DNA of 64,000 nt from Octopus vulgaris (GCA_951406725.2 OX597815.1:30132001-30196000), one strand, 5' to 3'. Shown: positions 1-17,065, numbered from the stretch's first letter. Numbers and translations are program-made. The notes: generated by a model not told the origin, from the letters alone.

Positions 1-1108
1 TTTCACTAGTATATACTTTCAATATAAAAGGCAATTATATATAAATATTTAGTGTTTTATTAATTGTGCAATGCATCTATGTATAATTACATAACAGTAA
101 TCAAAGCGTGCAGCATAGTATTTCGGGCATGGCACTCATGATCATAAGACCGTCTTTTCGATTCCCAGACCGGGTGATTCATTGTGTTCTTGAACGAAAC
201 ACTTCATTTCACTCTGCTCCAATCCACTCAGCTTTCATTGAGTTCCAGTAATTGCTGGCAATTTTAACCTGACGTTCCGTTCAGGGTGGTGGTGGTCACG
301 TGATGGCAGTCGTTTATACACCTTAAATACCTACGGTTAAGTGCATGTAACAGCACAGATTTAATGTATATGTGCCTGTAGGTGTATATTAATCTGTGTG
401 TGTGTATGTGTGTATGTGCGTGTGTGTGTATGTGTGTGTGTGTGTGTGCGTGTGCGTTTGTGTGTTTGTATGTGTGTTTGTGCAGATATATATAAACAAA
501 GAAATGCTATCACACATATATATATATATCTACACACACTCACACACACATCTGTGTGCGCGTGTGTGTGTGTGTGTGTATATATATATATGCACATAGA
601 GTACTTAAACGCATTTATCGATAAACATCTCTTAATAGATATACTTACATTCATACGCAATACAAAACTTACACGCACAGACGCACGCACACACACAAAT
701 ACACGCATACGCACACACACACACACACTCACATGCATGCATCCAACTACATTTGTAGACAAAATATATCATGCAGATACGTGCAGTTATACAAATATAA
801 GCTGCACGCCTCCAGAATTGTATGTTTATATATATTTATAAACTATCCACACACACACTCGCCTGAAAACACACACATATACATTCACACATACACGCGC
901 ATCCTTATACAAGTATACATCCATGAACATACATACATCAATACACGGAGATATAAACTTTCATGTATGTTAGTTAGTCACAATTGTGTGCTAGTTAAGA
1001 CTCCGCTTGCAGCCTGGTAACCTAGATTACAATGTTAGTGACTGCAGATGTTTATTTATATAAACACACACACAGACATACACACATATCTGTCTATCTA
1101 TCTATCTG

Positions 1109-1173
<65 letters not shown>

Positions 1174-2257
1174 ATATATATATATATATATCTACCTGTC
1201 TGTCTGTCTGTGTATCTATCGTCGTTGTCAGAGATGGAATCTCTCTACGTTGGGAATTTAATTCTATTGAATCTGTGTGTACTAAAATGGCTTCGTAAGC
1301 TTTTATGAAGACTAAAAGAAATATGACAATGGGGACACAACAATTAGAGCACCATCATCTTCTCTTTGATTCCTCTTTGTATTTACTTTCAAATCTTTTG
1401 CGGTCAGCTTTGAAATCTTTTTGCTCAGAACAGACAAAAAATGAACCAGTAGTCCGCGATGTAATGTCAATATTTACATTTTTTCATGTTTACTTCATTT
1501 TCTCCTTGTGTTGCAAATCATAGTTCATATTCGACGTGTGCCTTCCTGAACATGCCTTACTTACTGATGGTGATGGTATAACACTTCATGTTCTATACCG
1601 TTGTGCCTAAACCGATTACAAATTTCTTTATTCATTAAGTATGATAAGACAAATAACTTACTGGATCCTTTTCCAGATTTCTGTGTTGGAACAGACGTTA
1701 AACAGAAAATTCTTGCTTCAACCTTATTTGATCTATATATGTTACAGTTTTTGAAATACTATGAAAGAAAAGAAACAAATAGTATAATTCCAACATAGGA
1801 AGATATTTGATCCCATGTCTGCTTTGTCAGGGATTAAGAGAGATATAATTCACAACTAATACACAAGGAAATATTATTTTCTAATTTTAGCAAAATGACA
1901 GTAATTTGGAGAGAAAGGGAAAATCAATACCAAAATCTCAGCTGAAATTTTCATCCGGTATCGTTGTGATATATTTTCAGCTTTTTGAGTCTCACATCAA
2001 TTGGAACATTCAATGCGTATACATTTATGAGCTCCAATAACGCAATTAAAGAACATATTTCTGAAGACGTCCATGCCAATTTAGATATATTTGTGATTGG
2101 TTATGAGATGTTTCATCTAGAAGTTTATATCAAAACAAAATGACGAGAGAACATATATATTGGTATCGTTGTAGACTACATGTATATGCACACACACACA
2201 CGCATACACACACACACACACACATACACACATACTCTCACACACGCACACACAAAC

Positions 2258-2315
<58 letters not shown>

Positions 2316-2390
2316 GTATGAATATATTCAATAAAAGCAATTAAGATTCAAGTCAATTCTAATGAATTTACTTGAATGCGTGTGAATATA

Positions 2391-2464
<74 letters not shown>

Positions 2465-3125
2465 TATGTGTTATATACATTTTTGTATGTATGTGTGTCT
2501 GTGTGTGTGTATGTTTGTACGTCAATTTCAATGTTTCTGGGCATTACCAATGGCGTGTACTCGCAGCCACATGCTTAGACGAAATCTATCACATCATCAC
2601 GATTGATAGACAAAAGAGTGATTACGTTCACCGATATATAAAATAGACGCTGGCGGAATAATGGACAGGTGAAAACAATTGAAATAGCATTAAACTAAAA
2701 ACGGCACCAACGCGTCATCGTTCTTAATGTATACACTTACTGTACATACGACCCAGATTTTTATTTATCTTTGCGACTAATCGAAATGTCTGAATATCTC
2801 ATCGGAGGCGTCAGAATGTGTAGGTATTTGCCTGAAGGTATGTCATTTAACAGAGCCAAGAAGGCCAAAATCCATCCGATGCTCAAGTTAGCCTTAGTGG
2901 GTAAGATATTTTGTCTTCCTCTGATGTATATTGTCTTTTAGCACAGCACATCTATAAGGCGTATGCCCTCGCTGTCAACAGCGGCTACACATTATGCATG
3001 ACATTGATGCCTAATGTACATGTATGTATGTATGTATGTATGTATGTATGTATGTATGTATGTATGTATGTATGTATGTATGTATGTATGTATGATACAT
3101 ATGTGTGTGCACGAGCGCACACATA

Positions 3126-3170
<45 letters not shown>

Positions 3171-3178
3171 CTATATAT

Positions 3179-4120
<942 letters not shown>

Positions 4121-4432
4121 TCATATACATACATATATGAACACACAGAGACACAGACACACAGACAGACGAACACACACACGCACACACTTATATATGC
4201 AATGCATACTCACTCAAGTATATATACATGTTTATGACCTTGAAACCTATACATAGGCATGGCATGTGCATGATAGTCGCTAAATTTGCAAGAGTGAAAC
4301 CCGTTATATACAAATATATTAAATACTGCGCATGCATTGAATTCTATGTTAAGGACGTGTTCTCTGTTTTATGTATCTTAAAATACTATTTTTTTAATTG
4401 TGCGCATATCTATCTATCTATCTATCTATCTG

Positions 4433-4561
<129 letters not shown>

Positions 4562-4604
4562 TGATCTATCTATCTAGATAAATATTTTTCTCACAATATA
4601 CCTA

Positions 4605-4666
<62 letters not shown>

Positions 4667-4786
4667 ATAATATATATATATATAAATATTTAATCCAAAC
4701 AAGAAAGCACAAAAAAACACAACAACGCGAGGACGTGGAACAAATATAGTATTATTGCACGCTCAGGAAAGAAGGAAATAAGGAAG

Positions 4787-4821
4787 GTTTAACGTTTCCA
4801 GCGGAGCTCTTCGTCGGAAAC
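4787..4821 (-). ncRNA. Mutated hammerhead motif within repeat ~4688-4896
   Basis: Reverse complement reads GTTT-CCGACGA-A-GAGC-tcc-GCTG-GAAAC-GTT-AAAC, with one core and one stem II substitution. The repeat is flanked on both sides by (TA)n. Confidence 0.6.
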
Positions 4822-4893
4822 ATAGGAGAAGGCAAGATCCAGAGAAGGGAAGACAGAAGAAAAAAAAATTCGCCAACGGTACGAGGTCACATT

Positions 4894-4941
<48 letters not shown>

Positions 4942-5031
4942 CTTTTATGTATTTAGCATGTGTTTGTATATATGTATATATGTATATATGTTTGTATGTG
5001 TAAATATGCATATATATATATATATTTTCTC

Positions 5032-5062
<31 letters not shown>

Positions 5063-7497
5063 GTCTGTATTTATTATATGTATATGTGCGTGTGTCTTTG
5101 TGTTTGTGTGAAATTCAGAGATAAATTTAACGTCCTTTAGTGGAATTTCGAAAGGGATTGTGTCAACAACAACGTTTATTGTCGACAACCAATATAACTT
5201 GAGCTTGTTAGATGTAGCTTCAGCCAAATCTTGCGAGTATATCTTCATTAAGATATTCCCTACATCAGCCTAAATTGTAAATCTAAAATCGTTGGTTTGC
5301 TTTCGAAGAGTGATTTTATTAATGCATTATAAGCGATAGACGTTATTGAAAAAATATGAGTGTAGCAGGATCTTTTGTTAACGAACGTTGTTGAAATGAT
5401 ACGTCGGTGTTCCACTAAAAGCGCATTCATCTTATGATAAGTGCTATATGTTGTTATAACTGCCATAGATGGAAATGTTAACATAAAATGCTTTGTTTCT
5501 GTCTGTTTTTATTCATCGTCTCTTCACTGTTACGTTGCTATGATATTTCATAAACATGGGAGTATTGAAACTAAAAGCATAATAGTAAAAATTAGCAGCT
5601 CTGAGTTCAATTGAAAGGGGCAGAAAAAGACAATAAATACCAATTATTATGATAATTAGTATAGTAGCGGCGGAAATGACATTTGTTGGTGTTTTTCTGA
5701 TAATGGAACTACGCAATTTGTCATCGAGCTGAGAGGAGGAAATAAAGCAAAAGTTTCAATGTTTATTTCAATGGAATCAGTTCAGTCTGAAGAACAATGA
5801 TTTAGCTGGCAAAGCCTGTATGTTTATCCATGCTGAACAAAAATAGTTGTCAATGCTTTCAAAAAAAAACAAAAAAAGAACAAAACAAAAAATAAAGAAT
5901 AAAAGACACAACACAAATAAAGTACACAAAAATCTTTGCTGTAACTCTGAAGTAGAATAAAACATGATATAATTTTAGAAGAAAGATGATCTTTTATAGA
6001 AAACTTAGGAATATAGGTTTCATATTTCATATGTAGTTCATCCTGTGTTTTTACCGTATTTTTTTACACAAAACAATGCTGATAGTTTCGATACCATATC
6101 TCTGATAGTTTCTATACTATTATATTTCTATAATATTTATGCTTTTTTTTTTCTGAATGAATTATTGTTTTCATGCAAGGAATCATGTCAAATCTGACTA
6201 ACAGGAATCTATTGTTAGATAGAGTTGTAGACTTGTATGAATAACGTCACCTTAAGTGTGACATACTATCATTTGGCTAGAGGGGGGCTAATAAATTCTC
6301 ATAATGTTATTAAATATAGTTGCTGTTTCGGACTGTTACATCTTATACCAGCTACTTAGATCCTCGCCACCCACATCGATGACTGATAAAGTAAATATTT
6401 TCGTACAAATACATGCAGCTTGAGTTATTTATCTGAGTGGAAACGTCTGTCGTGAAGTTCAACTTAGCGGTATTACACCAGTGCATTAGCTTCTGTCGGG
6501 TGACTAAACTAGTTCTCCTACACACTTCAATGTATGTATGTATGTATGTATGTATGTATGTATGTATGTATGTATGTATGTATGTATGTATGTATGTATA
6601 TATGTATGTATGTATGTATGTATGCATGCATGTATGTTTGCATGCATGTATGTATGTTTGTATGTATGTATGTATGTATGTATGTATGTATGTATTTATG
6701 TATGTATGTATGTATGTATGTATGTATGTATGTATGTATGTATGTATGCGTGGCTGTGTGGTAAGAAGCTTGCTTCCTAACCACATGGTTTCAGGTTCAG
6801 TCCTGCTACGTGGCATCTTGGGCAAGTGTTTTTCCACTATAGACTTATGAGTGGATTTGGTTGATGGAAATTGAAAGAAACCCGCCATGTATAAGAAAAT
6901 GTATGTACGTATGTATGTACGTATGTATGTATGTATGTATGTATGTATGTATGTATGTATGTATGTATGTATGTATGTATGTATGTATGTATATCTAAGT
7001 CTTTATTTGTTCCCCTCCCCACTACTTGAAAACCGGTGTTGGTCTGTATGCATCCCCGTAACTAGCAGTCGGGAAAGTATCAGGCTTACAAAATTAAGTA
7101 CTGGGGCCGATTCATTCGACTAAAAATTCAAGGTTGTATAGTATTGTTGTTTTGGAGGGCGATAAGCCATAGTTGTAAAGGGCTGTTAAGTACCTATAAT
7201 TTTGGCGGGTCTGGTTATAATTTATTGAGAAATATCAGCTTTATTGTCCCAAGAAAAAAAATGATATTTTGTTCTACAATGAAAACATACTCAAGACTAA
7301 ATTAGAAATAATTTCGTTACAGCTAAGGCTGTATTTTCCTTTATTATATACGCACGTACATTTAAAGTAAGGAACGCAGACAAGCTAATGTAGTGAATAT
7401 TTTAGAAATAGATGTTAGAATGTTATTTTCAACTGAAAGTCCCAGAGTATGTTGGTCATACAGAGGGTGAAATCAATTGGTATTGAAATATACATTA

Positions 7498-7556
<59 letters not shown>

Positions 7557-7801
7557 ATGTATGTATGTTTGTATGTATATCTAAGTCTGTGCTTGTTCCC
7601 CTCACCACTGCTTGAAAACCGGTGTTGGTCTGTATGCATCCCCGTAACTAGTGGTCGGGAGAAGTACCAGGCTTACAAAAATAAGTACTGGGATTGCAAA
7701 GGTAAGCCCGTTTCTGATATGTTCATTGCATTGCACGTGTGTATCTTTATTGTGCGTTTAGGGTGGTTTTAGAGCCGTGTCCCTATATATATGTATGTAT
7801 A

Positions 7802-7871
<70 letters not shown>

Positions 7872-9771
7872 TATATATATACACATACATACACACAAAC
7901 ACTCAATCACACACGCATCTGTGTGTGTTCATATATATATATATATAACGACTTATTTATCCATCAATCTATCTGTGCGTCCATCCATCCGTCCGTCTGT
8001 CTGTCTGTCTCTCTCTTTCCCCTCTCCACACACACACAAACACACACACCCACACACGCACACACACACAAACACACACACACACACGCTCACATACACA
8101 AACACACACACACACACACACATTTATTAGCATATCCAACTTGAATGTGTGGTTTTGAGTGTTACTGGCTGCGGTAATCGTCCTGAGAAATGCTCTCATA
8201 TAGAGACGTTAAGTGATAAGATAGCACAAATTACACAAATTGCACTGGTGGATGGGCCTGTTGTATTACATGATTTCAGCTTAATTTCAGTGTTAGAGTG
8301 CCCGTTGCTAATGAAGTGCAATCATTTGATATAACAGTCCCATCCACTGGAGCTGACGATTACCACAACGTAGAAATTCAAGTAAAGTTGGATGTCCAAA
8401 CTAAAATTCGTTATAAAGGTTGCTTCCGCTGCTAATAGCTAATTTATATATGTAACTTATACAGTATATATATAACCGGTTAATTTAGCTGCTTCTCCGT
8501 AGATTGAAAATGCGTGAACAACCTTAATCGATCTTCTAATGTTATTGGGTTTTTGTCAGAGGCGGCTACATGAATTTGACCAATCCCAGAGAAACCAGCA
8601 AACAATCTGTTTATATACTCAACAGTTACATATCATGTGTACGTTTGTGCATTAGATAGCGGTAGGGTGCTAAGCAAGTTAAAATGTAATAATTGGTATG
8701 ATTAAGTACAAAAGCGTTATACTGATTGCCGCGTGAAGTTAATTCTTAATTCATTGAAATTTCTTGCACAACGAAATGAAACGAAACCTTGTGATAATTG
8801 TTATTGATTATCAAAGTAAGGGGGAGATAATTTCAAGAAATTCAGAATTGAGTTCTCGTGCCATTGCACATAGATAGCAAATGGTTAATCTCATCTTTGG
8901 TTGCAGACGATCTTCAACTTGAAGTAAAGAAGTCAAAACTAAATGAAACATTGAAACATGAAACTTAAAATTGACACATGTAAAAAAAATAATAATAATA
9001 AAATAGCAAATGTTTCGAATAGCGCTAAATAAGAATAAAATCAAAAATTAAATCTGAGTTCGGTTTGATTCAATGTTACGAATATGAACAGATTTTTCTG
9101 AGAGAAAGAATGAAGGGAAGAATCAGTCAAATTACCCTGGAGAGAATTTCTATACCAAACAACTAAAGTGCTATCAGTGACAGGCATAAACCGATTATAA
9201 ACTTGGCAAATCAATAAGAAGTTAATCTTTGTGTGGAAAGCAATTCATATTCCATATGTTAAAAACATTTTTAGTCGTGGTCAAGAATTAGTGGGTAGTT
9301 AATTTCCTCTTTTTCGTAGGATATTCTGTGCTGGCAACTGAATGATTACAATATCTGAGCGTGTTGGTATTGTTCAATTCAATGAATTCATATATCTGCC
9401 AAGTCACGTATTTGCTTACACATAACAAACGACTCACAGCAACAACTGCAATTAAGCTTGACTTCAAGTAAGTAAAATCAATTGAAATACGCATATGTAT
9501 ATACATATGTGTGTATGTATGTAATGTATGTTTACGTGTGCACGTGCATGCAATATATATATATATATATATCGTGAAGTATATTTGCCACCTAAATGTG
9601 GCTAACCCTTAAGGGTTGATGCTACTATAGCTTGTAGCCCCAGGAAGTCATCTCTTACAGCTGGGTATTGACACACTATCTGTGCCTTATCAGTGTTTGC
9701 AAAGGGAAATCATCGTTTCAATCTCCAGCCTGACATGATTCACACTGAACCGAGTTTCTGGGTTTTTACCG

Positions 9772-9889
<118 letters not shown>

Positions 9890-11929
9890 TGACAGAATTT
9901 AAGATAGGGAATGGTGAGAGGATAAAATATAGTTCAAGAAAAGTGAGTGGTTACTAATGAGTGAAGAGTGGATCTGTAGGCCTTAGGTTAGCTTTAAACC
10001 TCACCGCACACCTGCCAATTAATTGTATACCGAGATTGCACTGATTATAGGTTTCAGTCCTTGATAGAATTATTCAACATCTACTTTTAGGAGTTCGTTG
10101 TGAGGGCTGTACCATCAGAGAACAGAAATTTATGAGTTCCCCCAAAAGTAACTCTTATGATACGCTCTGTACATTTATTAAAGATACATCTATCTCTAGA
10201 ATAATTACTAAACGGGGGATAGGCTTTTCTGGCCACTAATATCGCTCTGAACAATAGGTCATTTCATGTTATTATATATACTGCACATAAATAGAGAGCG
10301 AAGACTAGTCAACGACATTGACACTAATGGCAGAGACACAACACGAAATTCAAGATCTACCAAAGTTAATGGGGGACAGAGAATCCTAGTGCATTTATTT
10401 GAGGAAGCAGAAGGATTAAAAAAATTCATCTGGCTGAAAATATTTTTAACAAACTAAATTATTTTCATTTGATTCTAAACTCTGAAAAAAAAAGTAAAAC
10501 TTATTTAGCAGTACAGGTTATTATACAAAACTTCTATTTGATTTCCATACCTTAATTCAGTGGAATGAATAAAATAACATGGAGTAAAGCCAGGATTAGA
10601 AACAGCTTTTCTATAATCCATCCCCCTAAGAAACAAATTTAAAGATCTGCATATTGTTTTCCAGTGGTAGGCTGATCAGAAATGCAAAGATTAGTGTTTC
10701 ACGTAACATTATTCTCGGGATTTTTAGAGCTTTCTATCAAGACATTCAGCTGCTATCATGTTCCTGTCTCACAATGGAATACTTTGTTGTTATTGTTGTT
10801 TAAGTCCTATATCAGTTCTGGTTGAACAGACTTGCGATCAAAAACGATGCAGCCCTGACGATTCTGTATTTTATTCAAATAAACTTTTTCTAGGTCTGCA
10901 TGATAGAACGCATTCTTACCAGGTGGAATGGTATTATTTAAGATTTAACGGCCTTTAATTATTTAAGAATTACACGATATCTTGGAGGAAAAAACCACAT
11001 GAAGACCAGAGATGGTAGCCCACTCGCACACCGATGAGAACCTGACATCTATATATGGTCAGAGTGCCCACAAATCTACTCACCTGTCACTCATTCTTTT
11101 GAAACTGAGTTCATCCAAATGTATCTGCAAAGAATGGTTGCATTGAGCATAGTAAAATTCATCCAATATCCTCTGTTCATTGCTGTTTTGCGCTTGAGAA
11201 ATTATTACTATGGTTTATCAATAATCTATCGTTTGCCCCTCTTTTGTGAATCGGTTCTAAATCTTGCACCTCATAGAGTACGGCCTCATAATCACCAACC
11301 TCAGCATAGGTCTGACGAAATGTTCTTCGTTCGATTGGGTACAGACGCACTTTCCCTTGTAACTCCGATCTGCCACTATACTCTTCCCGCCAGAAAACTC
11401 ATTTGTTTGTGTACAGCGAACGAATTAAGGCCATAAGCAATTTCCCAGTTTTTCAGTTCAAACTCTCTAAGTGTTCGTTGTATGTTTTTGATATCTTTAC
11501 TCGTTTTTTGTAAATGGTTCATAAGATGTTATTTTCTGTCTGAAATTTTCGTGTTATGAAATAAATGTATTGTGCTGCAGAATTGATTTTTTTTTCGGTT
11601 TACTGTGCGTGGAAAGTATATATTTTTGTCTAAATTTTTTTGACGGGGATGGTGCTAGACGGTATAATCACTTTGTTTACGAGGCGTAGGAAAGAAACTT
11701 TGCTCACTTCGCAAAAAATTTCGCTTCCTACAACGAGATAAAAAAAATTAATGCAAATGATTAAAATCTCGGTCTTTCAATTTAGAGATTCTGCGTTAAA
11801 AATGTTCATTTGGTAAAAATATACGATATTGGTGAGCTACAGGAAATACATCTGACTACCACAACAAATACAACGACGACGACGACGACTACAGAAACAA
11901 AAACAACAACAGCAGCAGCAAAGGCAATG

Positions 11930-11990
<61 letters not shown>

Positions 11991-13109
11991 GGGATTTCAA
12001 ATTTTGGCACAAGGTCAGCATTTTCGGGTGTGGTGGTGGTGGTGATGGTAGGGTAAGTCGATTAAGTCGACCTCATTGCACAACGGGTACTTATTTTATC
12101 GAATCCAAAAGTATGAAAGGCAAAGTCGACCCCGGTGGAATTTGAACCCAGAACGTAATGACTGACGAAATCCCGCTAATCATTTTGCCCGACGTGCCCG
12201 CCTCAATAATAATAACAGCAACAATATATATAATAATATATATTTCTTTACTACCCACAAGGGGCTAAACACAGAGGGGACAAACAAGGACAGACAAACG
12301 GATTAAGTCGATTACATTGATCCTAGTGCGTAACTGGTACTTAATTTATCGACCCCGAAAGGATGAAAGGCAAAGTCGACCTCGGTGGAATTTGAACTCA
12401 CAACGTAAGGTCAGACGAAATCCTTCGAATCATTTTGCCCGACGTGTCCGCCTCAATAATAATAACAGCAACAATATATATAATATTATAGCTCGTGTAA
12501 ACGCTTACCATAGTGAATTAAATTTAAGAGTAACAAGAAAAGATATGAAGGTTGTCATGTTACTGCATAGTTAAAGCAAAATGCTGCACCGAATATTATA
12601 TAAGCGATATGTGAAGATCTCACAGTAAGTGCTAAGCTTAGATTAGATATTCGAGCAAAGTTAGGTTTGATCAATCGATGTATTTATGCAAGTTGAACAT
12701 CTCTACTAATCTACTTATATCCAAATAAACATCTCCTGACAGCAAGCTGTATGATAATGAATATCCATCGGCTTTGATAGTATTTCGTTTACAGTATTAA
12801 GTCTTCACTTCAAATACAATTTAAGAAACCGTTGAATATAGTGAACCATTTCAATTACTTTGCCGAGATTAACACCAGCTTTCATTGCGACAGATTCATA
12901 TCCCTGTACGATTATAGTACTTTATAGATTTACAAGTTATACACTGTAGTTAGCAACCAGATTAGAGATATTGGTTTAAATCCTACACAAATAAAGACAA
13001 TAGACCGGTTCACTAATTATTTACATAACTTGAACTCCATGCTGTTAGTCTTAGTTTTTAAGAATTACTTTAAAATATTATAGAAGATACAGGCATGGAT
13101 ATAATAATG

Positions 13110-13199
<90 letters not shown>

Positions 13200-13846
13200 T
13201 TGATAATAATAATAATAATAATCTTTTCCACTCTAAGCACAATGCCCGAAACTTTGGGAGAGGGGCCAGTCGATTAGATTGACTCCAGTACGCAACTGGT
13301 ACTTAATTTATCGACCCCCGAAAAGATGAAAGGCAAAGTCGACCTCGGCAGAATTTAAACTCAGAACGTAAAGTCGGACGAAAATATAATTATAATAGTA
13401 ATAATAATAATAATTTTTATTGTTATTGTTGTTTTGTCTTTAAGGGAGCGAGCTAGCAGAACCATAAGCACTCTGGACAAAATGCTTAGCGACATTCACC
13501 CGCCTTTAAGCTCTGTGTTCGAATTTCGCCGAGGCGGACTTTGCCTTTCATCCTTTCGGGGTTTATAAAATAAGTTAAGCAATTAGGTCGATGTAATCTA
13601 CTAGCCTCCAACCTCCAAAATTTCAGGCCTTGCTCCAATAGTGGAAAGGATTATTAATATTACTGTTGTTGTTGTTGTTGTTGTTGGTGTTGTATTGTTC
13701 TATTGATGTTATTAACAGAAGAATTATTATAGAAATAAGATAGAGTGATTTAATAATTAACGTGTTGGACAAAATGCTCGCAATGTGTATTCCGGCTCTG
13801 TTTATTCTGAGTTCAAATCCAGGTAACTTCAATATTATCATTATTA

Positions 13847-14474
13847 CCTTACTTCTCATAACGTTTGGGCTTGTTGGTTCTGGTAGATTCTGGGAGAACG
13901 GACAACAGCCTGTTGTAAGAGGTCTGACAGAGTCTCTTTTCGGACATAATAATCTTTGATACTTGGTTGTTAATTATCGTTGGAGACATTCAACATCCAA
14001 GTACCAATCTCAAAATCCTAGCTGTCCCCAGCAGAGCAGTTTTGGGGTTCGCTCCGCTCTCATGTCAATTCCGATTTCTTTGACATATTTCTCGAACTTG
14101 GCTGTTAGTGCTCGGAGGGCCCCAACATAGTCCAAATTCTTGGAATTTCGCCTTTTAGCAGTCTGCCCTTTTCCGTCTTTTCTAGTTCTTTGTCATGTAT
14201 GCGTAATCTTGGTTTCCTTTTTCCCGTTTTCTACTACAACAATATTTGGTCTCCGAGCCTCGATTAGGGAGTCACACTGGATTGTAAAATCCCACAGTAT
14301 CTTATGTTCCTTGTTCTCGGTGACTCCTGGTACCTGTTCGTACCATTTTCGTGCTCTGTTCAGACAGTACTTTTCACATAGCTTCCAGTGGACGAACTTA
14401 GTCACGTTATTGTGCCTCCTTTTGTAGTATTTTTGGGCTAGCTTGCTACACTCAATCACAATATGTGAGCACAC
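13847..14474 (-). pseudogene. Degenerate 3' fragment of a second RLE-clade (R4/Dong-like) non-LTR element
   Basis: Translation gives HIVIECSKLAQKYYKRRHNNVTKFVHW...ILWDFTIQCD..IEARRPNIVVV. After a deletion/frameshift it reads ..YVKEIGID..KTALLGTARILRLVLGC* (stop ~13990), homologous to the C-terminus of the 959-aa ORF. A short AAT-like tail lies near 13831-13846. Confidence 0.85.
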
Positions 14475-14635
14475 CGGGCAAGATGTTTAGCGGCATTTCG
14501 TCCGTCTTAACATTCTGTGTTCAATTTCCGCCGAGGTCGACTTTGCCTTTCATCCTTTCGGGGCTGATAAATTAAGTGTCAGTGAAACAGTGGGTCGATG
14601 TAAACTTTAAGGCTTTCTGCCTATAGTAGAAAGGG

Positions 14636-14662
14636 TTATTATCATTATTGTTATTATTATTA

Positions 14663-14730
<68 letters not shown>

Positions 14731-14742
14731 GTTATTATTATT

Positions 14743-14784
<42 letters not shown>

Positions 14785-16511
14785 GCTGTTGTTGTTGTTG
14801 TTGTTGTTAAGGTGGTGAGCTGGCAGAATCATTAGCACGCTGGGCAAAATGGTTTGCAACATTTCATTCGTCCTTACGTTTTGAGTTCATATTTCGCCGA
14901 GGTCGACTTGCATTTCATCCTTTCAGGGTCGATAAATTAAGTACCAATGACACATTGGGGTCGATGTAATCGATTTACTGTCTTTCCGAACTTTCCTTGC
15001 CCCTTTTGTAGAAAGGATTATTATTATTATTGTTAGTAGTAGGTGGTGGTAGTATGGCAGTGCACTGGCAGAAGAAATGTTGGAGCGTCAGACATAATAC
15101 CTTGCGGTGTTTATTCCAGCACTTTACCTTCTGTATTGCAATCCCATCAACACAAATTTTCCTTTTCATTCCACCGTGGCTTACAAAGTGAGGCCCCCGT
15201 CATGCACTGTGGTTGATGTTATCGAGTAACATCGTCCTTCCAGAATTACTGACCTTGTGCCTAAATTAGCAACAATTATTATTAGTATTATTACATGAAA
15301 ATGGTAGATTGGTACAATCGGTAAATTGTTGAACAAAATGTCTGTTGGTATTTACGGGTGGTGGGGTGGGGTGGAGTATAATGGGTCGGTTGGGCATAAT
15401 TGATCATTTGCCAGATTTTCATAATTGTCTCCCATTTCCAAACCAGGAAGTATGTTGTAGCAGCTATTATGAGTTGCTTTATCCCTCCCGCTTATATAGA
15501 TGTTGTATTCTTCTTGTCGACTCCTTGTTCCTCGTTCTGGATAACAGACCTCAATCACTAGACCAATCAATTATTGATCGTCAAACTTTGTGGTGGTGCA
15601 TGAACTTCTACAGAATTGGATTTTTTGTTCTAGAAGTGTGTCCAGAACATTTTCTTTTCCTATGTTATGTTGAATGAAGGAAATATCTTTGGAAATTCTG
15701 AAATTCAAGGAAGTTCATAAGTGGGGCATAATGGGACATTTGTAAGTTTATGGGATGGGGCTAAATGGGTCACTTAAGATATAGCACATAGGCTTCTATG
15801 AATAGAAGGACAGAATAATTAAAGAAGACTGACATACCCTACAAATTTGTGTCAGTATCTGGGTGTGTTAGCAGCATTGCTTCATATTTACACAGAATCA
15901 AAATTGGGGCATTGACTTTTTATGTCTCACCCTACCCTGTCTCTTTACGTTCTGAATCCAAATCTCAGCGAGATTGATGTTAACTTTTATTTTACCAGGG
16001 TCGATAAATCGAAGGACCAAATAAATAACTCAATAAATCAAAGAACCAAATAAATAACTGGCTAATAAATTTGAGGTCTTGAGCTTGTGTTAAAAACATT
16101 GTTATATCGTAGAAACTCTTTTATCGACAAAACTCGTACCTTCCAGACTTCGCAGAAACTATTACGTTAATTTTATTTCGTGATGTGTTAAAACTTTTGT
16201 CACTCACTCCTAGCTAATCAATAACATATTTCCTCTTCGAAAGTTCGTTCATGACCAGCTCTCATAGGCCTCAGTTTTACAGAGAGAATAAATAAATTTA
16301 TCGATATTATTTATAGATTAAATCATGCCCGATCCTAGTTCCTTTGTAATAACCTGTTTAAAATAAAATTTAATCTGCATGACAGGAGTCTAATTTCTAT
16401 AAATCTATGTCAGGGAAATTTTCTAAAATAGGTTACGTTTAGTCATTATAAATAGGGTCAGTCTGAATTTAAGAAGGGGACGCATTAAGAAATAGATGGA
16501 ATAATGATAAT

Positions 16512-16562
<51 letters not shown>

Positions 16563-16946
16563 CTATAAGCAAACCAAAAAATGAAGATTGAAAATGACTA
16601 ATGATGCCCAATCGATGACTAATGTCAAAGGCCAAAATCAATCGATATGAATACAACACACCCGCGTGACCGAAAGTGTAACAAGAAAGAAAACAACTGA
16701 GGCCTATGAGAGCTGATCATTTACAAACTTGAAATAAAACAATGACGACCTGTTCACAGTTATACAACTAAAAATTGTGACACCTCAGGATATAAATTAA
16801 AAGTGAATTTAGATGTTCTATGTGTTTTTAAATGGCTGAAATTGCTTTTCCACATTATAACAACGCAATTCCTTCAGTTTCAACACTTGGCATCAGATCA
16901 AATCACGTGTTAGATAAGTGTATCTCTAAAATTATTATTATTATTA

Positions 16947-17008
<62 letters not shown>

Positions 17009-17020
17009 GTTATTGTTATT

Positions 17021-17065
<45 letters not shown>

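Noticed and set aside
6972-7695. Repeated SINE 3' half about 590 bp apart
   Set aside because: Adequately explained as a small local duplication via flanking TATG repeats; covered under the SINE feature.
11000-11720. Possible decayed DNA-transposon or host coding segment
   Set aside because: No motif, TIR pair or splice-bounded frame that I could establish by eye.
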